From contig OZ251252.1 in assembly GCA_965240325.2 (NCBI GenBank), positions 496,001-560,000 on the forward strand: 64,000 bases of DNA, read 5' to 3'. The notes beneath the pieces were generated by a model. The model did not search any database and had not been told where the DNA came from. It saw only the letters and a list, made by a program, of their open reading frames with translations. Positions 23,128 to 32,765 of this stretch are shown here, one piece after another. Position numbers and translations under genes: made by a program. Origin of the DNA: Rebecca billardiae RCC1528. Lineage: Eukaryota; Protista; Haptophyta. Position 1 is the first letter of the stretch. Each line of letters starts with the position of its first letter.

Positions 23128-23389
23128 TTATTTGGGCAAGCGGAAGCTGCGAATGGACCTGAGCTCTTGCCTCGAGAAGGTCTCCTCGCGGCATGTCGGG
23201 CACACCTGCTCGCCCTGCGCGGGAACCCAACCCAGTATCGCACGCGGCGAGCGCGCAGCCCTAGGCGGCGTGCCGAACAGACTTGGCCTGCTCGTTCAGC
23301 GCGGTCATCTCGCTCAAGTTCATGCACAACGGCGAGGTCGTACTTGCGCTCGTCAACCTCACCACGGCCGTGTCCGAGCCCAACGTGCA
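23128..23389 (-). pseudogene. Degenerate C-terminal RING-finger fragment
   Basis: After an acceptor-like CGCGCAG, 23214-23128 reads GEQVCPTCREETFSRQELRSIRSFRLPK*. Upstream in another frame: CTLG...LCMN. Zinc ligands are incomplete and there is no clean in-phase donor. Confidence 0.35.
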
Positions 23390-23745
23390 GCCCGTGACGA
23401 CCGTTGCCGCTCGGCGGGACGGTCCGGCATCCCGTGTCACAGCTCAGCCGCTCTGTGCCCGGACCGCGCGGGCCGCGCGGCTCGCCGCCGTTGAAGCTCC
23501 GCCGCCGCCGCAGCAGCCAGCGCAGCAGTCGGCGGCGCGACGGCTGCCGCCGCTGCCGCCGGCGCCGCGGCTCGCTCGCTGCACGAGACAGACAGAAGTC
23601 GGCGCGCGCCACCAGTCGTCGCAGCGGTCCGTACCGGCGCGATCCTCGCGTGAGGCCATCATGAGAGCTGACTACGGGGACTCTCACTCGCCGCCGGGTC
23701 ACAATGGCCGAGCGGCCGCGGCCGCGGCAGGGCGGGTCACCGGTG

Positions 23746-23837
23746 GCGCGGGTGCCAGTAGCTACCGCCCGGGTGCCAGTAGCTACTGGCACCCGGGGCC
23801 TAGCTAGTATCTATAGTATAGCTACTGGCACCCGCGC
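23746..23837. repeat. Nested palindrome: 19-bp outer inverted repeat around a perfect 30-bp palindrome
   Basis: GCGCGGGTGCCAGTAGCTA at 23746-23764 with its reverse complement at 23819-23837; CCCGGGTGCCAGTAGCTACTGGCACCCGGG at 23768-23797. Confidence 0.9.
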
Positions 23838-24107
23838 GCCCGGGCCCGGCCGCGGCGTCACGCAGTCAGCACGGCTCACACTACGATGACCGGTTACTCA
23901 GCGGACTACCGGGAATCTGTCCGGTTGGACGTCGAGTTTCATTGCGGACTACGCGGCTGACCGCCCGACGATCGGCCGGCCCCGCGGCGGAGGCGGCAGC
24001 GGGCGCGGAGGCTGACCGGAGGCGCGGAGCGGGTCGGGCGCAGCTGACTCAGCAGCCTCCTCGATGACTCTCACGACGTACGGTCCTACTGGTCGATAAC
24101 ACGACTC

Positions 24108-25049
24108 TCACTTGGTCAGGCGACTGCTACTACAGTGAGCCGCGCGGGCCCGGGCTCGGACCGCGCGCACCGCCGGGCGCGGCTGCTGCCACAAGTCACG
24201 ACTCAGCGCCGGACGATGACCGGGACCGGGACTCAGTCCGACAGCTGCGTGGCAGGCCGTGACCGACGTGAACGGTGAATCCGACTCCGAGCTTTGAAGC
24301 ACTTCATCACTGCTCGTCCGACTGGATGGCGCGGCTGCTCGCTGCTCGTGCGCCGCACCGCCGCCACCGCCTCCGCCGCGCTCTCGTGCGCGGAGGCTTG
24401 GCGCCGAGTCCTTCGCGCGCGAGCTCGAGCTTGCACGCGCCTGGGACGCGCGCCCACACCCCGCACGTGTCACCTCGTGCGCAGGAGCCAGGTCCGCTTC
24501 GAGCCGCCCAAGCTCCTCCGCGCCTTCCTCGCGCGCGGCAGCGCGCTCGGCCACGTGCGCGCGCGCCTCACGCCGAGCAGCAGCGGCAAGCGCGAACGCA
24601 GCGGTTTGCCGAGCAGGCTTGCTCGCGGCGGCATCGGCCGAGGCTGCGCGCCACTTGGCCTCGGCCACGCCGAGCAGCACCCTACGTGCAGCCATCGTCT
24701 CGGCGGCCGCCGCCGTCCGTTCGGCTGCTGCAGCGTGCTCCGCGTGCAGCTGCTTCTCGAGTCTCGGCACGGCGCTCAGCTCGCAGCTCTTGCGCACGTT
24801 CGCCTCCGACAGTTCGGCAACGTGGATCGCGAGCAGGTCGGCGCTGCCGTCCACGGCAGCAATGCTTGCCGCCGAGAGCTGCGTGCCGTGCGGCGGGCGC
24901 CGCGGCGCGGGCGGGCGGGTGGCGGGCGATGAGCGATGGGCCGGGCCAGCGATCGGCGTCTCGTCGACGAGTGCGGGCAGCTGGTGGCGAGCTCCGGCTT
25001 GCACGGGCAGCAGGGAGGTGGAAGGGTGAGGGCAGCGGGCAGTCGGCAC
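24108..25049 (-). CDS. Hypothetical coiled-coil ORF or pseudogene fragment
   Basis: Helical Ala/Glu/Arg-rich core (LLAIHVAELSEANVRK...RLEKQLHAEH...EELGRLEADL). Boundaries unsupported. Confidence 0.3.
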   Translation of the reverse strand: MPTARCPHPSTSLLPVQAGARHQLPALVDETPIAGPAHRSSPATRPPAPRRPPHGTQLSAASIAAVDGSADLLAIHVAELSEANVRKSCELSAVPRLEKQLHAEHAAAAERTAAAAETMAARRVLLGVAEAKWRAASADAAASKPARQTAAFALAAAARREARAHVAERAAAREEGAEELGRLEADLAPAHEVTRAGCGRASQARASSSSRAKDSAPSLRARERGGGGGGGAAHEQRAAAPSSRTSSDEVLQSSESDSPFTSVTACHAAVGLSPGPGHRPALSRDLWQQPRPAVRAVRARARAAHCSSSRLTK

Positions 25050-26058
25050 GGCCAGGCGGCGGTAGTGACACGACGGCGGTCAACACGGAGGGGTCGAGCC
25101 GCGGGCACGTGGTCTCGGCAGCTGCCGCGCGGGCAGCTGGGTCATGCGGGGCGGCGCTGCAGGTTGCACCCGCCGTGTGAGGCGTCGAGCCGCATCCGCT
25201 CTGAGGGCTCGATCTGGGCGGTGGACACGAACGCCGTAAGCGGAGTGCTGCAGGCGGGGCCGCGAGAGGCGGGGCCGCAACAACTTCCGCCGTTATCGCC
25301 GGGCGGCGACGCCTAGTCGCCGCCCTCCTCGCGCGCCATCGCAGTGATCTGACCCCACACGCCTGGCATCATCGCCTCGGAGAAGTGCTAGTGCCGCGCA
25401 GCTCCAAACTCGAGCGGCGTGCGTGCTCGGAGCAGCAGCCGGCTGCGGATCAGGCTTCAGTCGAATGCATACGCACCTGTGGCTGCCGTGCATGGCCTCC
25501 TCACCGAGGAAGAAGGGTGTTCTGTGGCCATCCATAAAAAAAGGTGCGCACTGGCGCCCGAGCCGCCCGCGCGGCACGCGACCTCAACTGCACCTGTTCC
25601 GATCTCGAGCTGTGGGCAGGGCGGGGTGTCTTGGATCGATGGGGAGACGCTCGGGGAAATTCGTCGGGGTAGTCTGGGACTGCGCGCGCACGCTCCCCGC
25701 CCTTCAGCGCGCCGCGCGTCGCCATGCTGAATTTCCGCGAGCGGGCGGGTGCAGGGGGGGGCCCGTAACGACATCTTTTCCGAAATCTTGCGCTGTGGCA
25801 TGCAATAATAATTATAAACGGCAACGCAACTGACCACACTACGCGACGGCAATTTAGCTGAACAAAGTATTGGGCCATCATCCACGGCAATACTGTACAC
25901 CTGACACAAGTATTCGACGTTGGCGACAAGATTGACACGTGATTCCCAAACATGGAAAACGGCAATACAACTGGGCCACGGTAGTCAAATTCAAAACTTG
26001 CGTTTTGCAATACACTACCTGACCATCACACTTTCCAAAACGGCAATACAGCTGACAT

Positions 26059-26069
26059 TTATATATATA

Positions 26070-26130
<61 letters not shown>

Positions 26131-26345
26131 GCATGCGCATGCATGCATGCATGCATGCATGATTCATCATACATACATACATCATACATCATACCGCATA
26201 CATACATACATGTACATACATACATACATACATACATGCATACATACATACATACATACATACATACATACATACATACATGTAGTACATACATACATAC
26301 ATACATACATACATACATACATACATACATACATACATACATACA
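26059..26345. repeat. Compound microsatellite (TA)n-(TGCA)n-(TACA)n
   Basis: Directly visible: TA tract about 26059-26128, TGCA about 26130-26160, TACA about 26170-26345. Confidence 0.97.
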
Positions 26346-27577
26346 CTACCGCCATAAATAGCATAATAGTATCCACAAGACCACAACGCCTGAAGGATAT
26401 GGGAAGCAGCCCGACACTCGGCTTGCCGAAGGCCCGGCCCGCACGCGTGCGGTGCGCGCGGCTGCGGTTCGCGCTTGGATTAGTTGGGCGGCAGGGGCGA
26501 GATCGACGTACGATGCAGCATAGCTTCTGAAGCTGCTGCTTCCTCCTTCCGTCGAGCTGCTGTCTGAAGGAGGCCGGAAGCAGCACTGCGCGAAGCAGCC
26601 TCAGCCAGCAAACACTAAGCGTTTCAACTTTCAAAAGAAACGCGCGGCGCGGGGCGAGGAGCGGCGGGCGCGGCGCGGAGGTCGGAAGGATAGCCGAGGC
26701 GAAATTCACGTATGAGGGGCACTCACTATGCCGCATCATGCATGCGCATTGGCACTAACCACGCCGCCGCCTCCGCACTGGGGTGTCCGCGGTCGCAGGA
26801 GCGTGCGCCTCGCGAAGCAGGCGCCGCCGCAACCGGCCCGGCGGTCCGGCACGGCGGGCACGGGCCGGTACATTACGACGGATCATTGGAAATCGCGGCC
26901 ATGCCAAGTCGACATCCGCACACTCTCCACAGCCGTCCGGGCCCGGGGCCGGCGCCGCGTGTGACGCTGCTGGAAGAGCCGAAGAGGAGGGCGCGGCCGC
27001 GGGGATGATGGTGGCACCAGCATTCCTCCCAAATGCTGAGTCAACCAACATTAGCCCGCAGCTGCGGGATGTGGCTGAGTCCGCTGTCTGGAGCAGGCTC
27101 CCTCCCCGTGATGCAGCCGCAGCGGCGTGGCGTGCGCGACCGGGCTCGGAGCGCAGCGGATCATTCTGCGGCCGTAATCATCGTCATCGAAGTAGGCTGC
27201 GCAGCAAGGCTGATCCGTAGTTGACAGAGCGTGCGCGAGGCCTCAGCTACCTGGCGGCTTGGCGGCCGCTCGCGCTCTGCGACTGGGGCACACGGTGGAA
27301 CGCGGCGGCGCCCGGCCTCGGTGTTCCGGACGGCGGGGACGCGCTCGTTTCTGTGTTCGGGGCCGGGCCGGGGGGGTACATACCTGCACGGTGAACCGTT
27401 GCGCGCGTCATCAAGACATCCACTCAATACTGAATGGAGAATACTCATCATCAGCTTCCAATTTTGTCATCGATCCCAGGCAGCGTAATCAACAAAATAA
27501 TGATGAGCTGTGAGATTGAACCCTCTTGATCTGACGCGCTGCCATTCGCCGGTGATGGATAAACAGCAAAGGGTTTA

Positions 27578-28716
27578 ACCAAGGGCGGTAAGGGCTGTCA
27601 ACTCCCAGTGGCGCCGAGTGGCGGAGGTTGGGCGCCCCTCAACTCGTGCGGCCTCGTGGCGCAGCGGCGAAGTCTCCTGGGGCGCCGCCATGGAGGGCGC
27701 GTGGGGTGCGCACGCCGCGGGCTCCTGCGCCCGCGGCAGCGGCCGCGGACACGGCGCGCGTGGTTGGTCGCATGCTAGACAGCATGTAGTACCCTCCCAC
27801 GCCGCGCGCCGCGCTCGCCGGTGCCCTCGCCGTGCCTCAGGCCAGCCGCGCACGCGCGCCGCACCAATGGCCAGCCGTGGCCACGCGCCAGCCGCCGGCG
27901 CGCGCGCGGTGCGCGGTGCGGTCGGCGCGGGTCGGGCGCGCGCCCGGGGCGAGGCTCACGTGTGGTGGGCGCGCGCCATGCCGCCTTGCGCCGCCGCACA
28001 CGAGCTTGATCACGTTCCACGCGGCTGCTGAAGGGTGCTCGTCGAGCATTCCTCGGCCATCAGAAATGAGCTTGGACAAGCGGCTGTGAGCGCATCAGTG
28101 CGAGGAACGCGAGCACTTGGGGGCTCGCGTGCCTTATTAGGAGGCTAGTCGTGCACATATCAGTGGTCTGCGCTTGTCTATCACGCGTCGCTGCCTTCCC
28201 ATGATCGTCTCAACATGAGCATTTTCAAACATGGCAATGCACACTCGACAGCATGATAACGCGTGCGCGCCGACCCATGCGGGCGCCAGCGCGGCGGCAC
28301 GAGGCGGCATGGCGCGCGCCCACCACACGTGAGCCTCGCCCCGGGCGCGCGCCCGACCCGCGCCGACCGCACCGCGCACCGCGCGCGCGCCGGCGGCTGG
28401 CGCGTGGCCACGGCTGGCCATTGGTGCGGCGCGCGTGCGCGGCTGGCCTGAGGCACGGCGAGGGCACCGGCGAGCGCGGCGCGCGGCGTGGGAGGGTACT
28501 ACATGCTGTCTAGCATGCGACCAACCACGCGCGCCGTGTCCGCGGCCGCTGCCGCGGGCGCAGGAGCCCGCGGCGTGCGCACCCCACGCGCCCTCCATGG
28601 CGGCGCCCCAGGAGACTTCGCCGCTGCGCCACGAGGCCGCACGAGTTGAGGGGCGCCCAACCTCCGCCACTCGGCGCCACTGGTCACCGGAGTTGACAGC
28701 CCTTACCGCCCTTGGT
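27578..28716. mobile_element. Non-autonomous long-TIR DNA element, PIF/Harbinger-type TSD; about 420-bp near-identical arms
   Basis: Arm 27578-27997 is the reverse complement of 28291-28716, with one 6-bp indel and two substitutions seen at the inner end. Spacer 293 bp. Ends ACCAAGGGCGGTAAGGG / CCCTTACCGCCCTTGGT; TTA on both flanks (27575-27577, 28717-28719). No transposase seen. Confidence 0.75.
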
Positions 28717-29116
28717 TTAACAGAGGCGATCTCGATCTCGATATCGCCCTCCTTTATTTAAAGTCGTCAGATGGCAGATGCAATCTTCCAGAACCAAATG
28801 AACCACTTAAAATTATACCCCGCTGGCTACCGCTAAAAATTACCCCGACGGCCATACCGCTAAAAATAATGATAAGATATATCAGCGGCCGCGCAACCGC
28901 GGCCGTCCGTGGGTCCCAGACTTAAAAATTACTTTACCATAGCTGACTCTGTGAGTGGTCGCCAATATGACTAGGGGCTACGGCAACCAGATTGGTTAGT
29001 GCTCAGCTGCCGAGAGCCGAATGGTGATGTGCCCGATGCCTGGCCCGCGCCGCGAGCACGCGGCCGCCGGGCGCGGCGCCGCCCAAGCCGGCCTCCGCCG
29101 CGCGCCCCGCACCGCG

Positions 29117-32100
29117 ATGGCTCGGAGGCACACGCCGCTCCGGCTCGGTCTCGCCGTCGTGCTGGCCGTGTGCTTTGGCGCGCAGCCGGCGCGGCTTGAT
29201 GCGCCGCCGTCGCCGCCGTCGCCGCCGCCGTCGCCGCCGCCGCCGTCGCCGCCGCCGTCGCCGCCGCCGTCGCCGCCGCCGTCGCCGCCGCCGTCGCCGC
29301 CGCCGTCGCCGCCGCCCTCGCCGCCGCCCTCGCCGCCGCCCTCGCCGCCGCCCTCGCCGCCGCCCTCGCCGCCGCCCTCGCCGCCGCCGCCAAGCCCACC
29401 GCCGCCCCCGCCGCCGCCCTCGCCGCCGCCCAGCCCGCCGTCCGCGCCGCCACAGCCCCCGAACGCGCCGCCGTCAGCGCCACCGCCCTCGCCGCCATCA
29501 CCGCCCCCAAGCCCGCCGAGCCCGCCACCGAGCCCGCCGCCGCCCTCGCCGCCGCCCTCGCCGCCGCCATCTCCTCCGCCGCCGAGCCCACCGCCATCTC
29601 CGCCGCCGAGTCCCCCGCCGCCGAGCCCGCCACCGAGCCCACCACCGCCGCCGAGCCCGCCGCCCTCGCCGCCGCCGCCCCGGGAACCGCCCAGCCCGCC
29701 GCCCAGCCCGCCGCCGCCAAGTTCGCCGCCCAGCCCGCCGCCCAGCCCGCCGCCGCCGCCCAGCCCGCCGCCCAGCCCGCCGCCGCCCAGCCCGCCGCCC
29801 AGCCCGCCGCCCAGCCCGCCGCCACCGTCGCCGCCGCCGCCGCCGCCGCCCTCGCCGCCGCCGCCCTCGCCGCCGCCGGCCCCGCCGCCGCCGACCCCGC
29901 CACCCAGCCCACCGCCCTCCCCGCCGCCCTCCCCGCCGCCGCCTTCGCCGCCGCCTTCCCCGCCGCCGCCGTCGCCGCCGCCTTCCCCGCCGCCGCCGTT
30001 GCCGCCGCCCAGCCCGCCGCCGCCGTTGCCGCCGCCCAGCCCGCCGCCGCCTGCAGCTCCGCCGTCGCCTCCGCCCAGCCCGCCGCCCAGCCCGCCGCCC
30101 AGCCCGCCGCCCAGCCCGCCGCCACCGTCGCCACCGCCGTCACCGCCGTCGCCGCCGAGCCCGCCGCCGAGCCCGCCGCCCCCTCCGCCGTCGCCGCCGC
30201 CGAGCCCGCCGCCACCGATGTCGCCACCGAGCCCGCCGCCGTCGCCGCCGCCGTCGCCGCCGCCGGCACCGCCGCCCTCGCCGCCGCCGAGCCCACCGCC
30301 CAGCCCGCCGCCCGCACCGCCGCCCTCGCCGCCGCCTCCGAGCCCGCCACCGAGCCCGCCGCCGAGCCCGCCGCCGCCGAGCCCGCCGCCGAGCCCGCCG
30401 CCGAGCCCGCCGCCTCCCAGCCCGCCGCCGAGCCCGCCGCCGCCCTCGCCGCCGCCCAGCCCGCCGCCGAGCCCGCCGCCGCCGTCGCCGCCGCCGTCGC
30501 CGCCCCCGAGCCCGCCGCCGCCGGGCCCGCCCCCGAGCCCGCCGCCGCCCTCCCCCCCGCCATACCCCCCGGTGGCCCCGCCCTCGCCGCCGCCGAGCCC
30601 ACCGCCGCCGAGCCCGCCGCCGTCGCCGCCGCCGTCGCCGCCGCCGCCGAGCCCGCCGCCGTCGCCGCCGCCGTCGCCGCCGCCGAGCCCGCCGCCGAGC
30701 CCGCCGCCGAGCCCGCCGCCGAGCCCGCCGCCGTCGCCGCCGCCGTCGCCGCCGCCGTCGCCGCCGCCGTCGCCGCCGCCGCCGAGCCCGCCGCCGTCGC
30801 CGCCGCCGTCGCCGCCGCCGTCGCCGCCGCCGTCGCCGCCGCCGTCGCCGCCGCCGTCGCCGCCGCCGCCGAGCCCGCCGCCCTCGCCGCCGCCCTCGCC
30901 GCCGCCGCCGAGCCCGCCGCCGTCGCCGCCGCCGTCGCCGCCGCCGACCCCGCCGCCGCGCCCGCCGCCCAGCCCGCCGCCGAGCCCGCCGCCGAGCCCG
31001 CCGCCGATGCCGCCCCCGTCGCCGCCCCCACCGAGCCCGCCGCCGAGCCCGCCGCCGTCGCCGCCGCCGTCGCCGCCGCCGTCGCCACCGCCGTCGCCGC
31101 CGCCGTCGCCGCCGCCCAGCCCGCCTCCGAAATCGCCGCCGCCGCCGTTGCCGCCGCCGAGCCCGCCGCCGAGCCCGCCGCCCAGCCCGCCGCCCAGCCC
31201 ACCGCCGTCACCACCGCCGCCGTCGCCGCCGCCGTCGCCACCGCCCAGCCCGCCACCGAGCCCGCCGCCGAGCCCGCCGCCGAGCCCACCGCCGAGCCCA
31301 CCGCCGCCGCCGAGCCCGCCGCCGAGCCCGCCGCCGAGCCCGCCGCCGAGCCCGCCGCCGAGCCCACCGCCGAGCCCGCCGCCGAGCCCGCCGCCGTCGC
31401 CCCCGCCTTCCCCGCCGCCCAGCCCGCCGCCCAGTCCGCCGCCTTCTCCGCCGCCTTCCCCGCCGCCCTCGCCGCCGCCTTCCCCGCCGCCTTCCCCGCC
31501 GCCGTCACCGCCGCCACCGAGCCCGCCGCCGAGCCCGCCGCCGAGCCCGCCGCCGAGCCCGCCGCCGAGCCCTCCGCCACCGCCGAGCCCGCCGCCTTCC
31601 CCGCCGCCGAGCCCGCCGCCGAGCCCTCCGCCTTCCCCGCCGCCGAGCCCGCCGCCGCGCCCGCCGCCGTCGCCGCCGCCGAGCGCGCCGCCCAGCCCGC
31701 CGCCCAGCCCGCCGCCGAGCCCGCCGCCGAGCCCGCCGCCCAGCCCGCCGCCGAGCCCGCCGCCGAGCCCGCCGCCGCCGAGCCCGCCGCCGAGCCCGCC
31801 GCCGAGCCCGCCGCCGAGCCCGCCGCCGAGCCCACCACCACCGAGTCCGCCACCTACCCACCCGCCGAGCCCACCGCCGTCTCCGCCGCCCAGCCCGCCG
31901 CCTCCAAGCCCACCGCCCAGCCCGCCGCCCCCGAGCCCGCCTCCGAGCCCGCCGCCAAGCCCGCCGCCGAGCCCGCCGCCGAGCCCGCCCCCTAGCCCGC
32001 CGCCGCCGAGCCCGCCGCCGAGCCCGCCGCCGAGCCCGCCGCCGTCGCCGCCGCCTTCTCCGCCGCCGAGCCCGCCGCCGTCACCGCCGCCGCCGAGCCC

Positions 32101-32726
32101 GCCGCCGAGCCCGCCGCCGAGCCCGCCGCCGAGCCCACCGCCGCCGCCGAGCCCGCCGCCGAGCCCGCCGCCGAGCCCGCCGCCCAGCCCACCGCCGCCG
32201 AGCCCGCCGCCGAGCCCGCCGCCGAGCCCGCCGCCGAGCCCGCCGCCGAGCCCGCCGCCGAGTCCACCGCCGAGCCCACCGCCGTCACCACCGCCGAGCC
32301 CACCGCCGCCCAGCCCGCCGCCGAGCCCGCCGCCGAGCCCGCCGCCGAGCCCGCCGCCCAGCCCGCCGCCGAGCCCGCCGCCGCCGAGCCCGCCGCCGTC
32401 GCCGCCGCCGAGCCCGCCGCCGTCACCACCGCCGAGCCCGCCGCCGCCGAGCCCGCCGCCGAGTCCTCCGCCGAGCCCACCGCCTGGCCCTCCGCCCCGC
32501 CCTCCGCCGAGCCCGCCGCCCAGCCCGCCGCCGAGCCCGCCGCCAAGCCCGCCGCCGCCGCCGAGCCCGCCACCCAGCCCGCCGCCGAGCCCGCCGCCGA
32601 GCCCGCCGCCGCCGAGCTCGCCGCCGAGCCCGCCACCGTCACCGCCGCCGAGCCCACCTCCGCCGAGCCCGCCGCCGAGCCCGCCGCCGAGTCCGCCGCC
32701 CAGCCCGCCGCCCAGCCCGCCGCCCA

Positions 32727-32765
<39 letters not shown>

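Noticed and set aside
25878-26739. MYVC and HTYI repeat ORFs
   Set aside because: Translations of the (TACA)n and (TA)n microsatellite.
27504-27554. Functional tRNA gene
   Set aside because: No complete cloverleaf or anticodon arm; kept only as a possible relic.
27575-28761. Mirror-image ORF pairs on opposite strands
   Set aside because: A by-product of the inverted repeat; no recognisable protein or transposase motifs.
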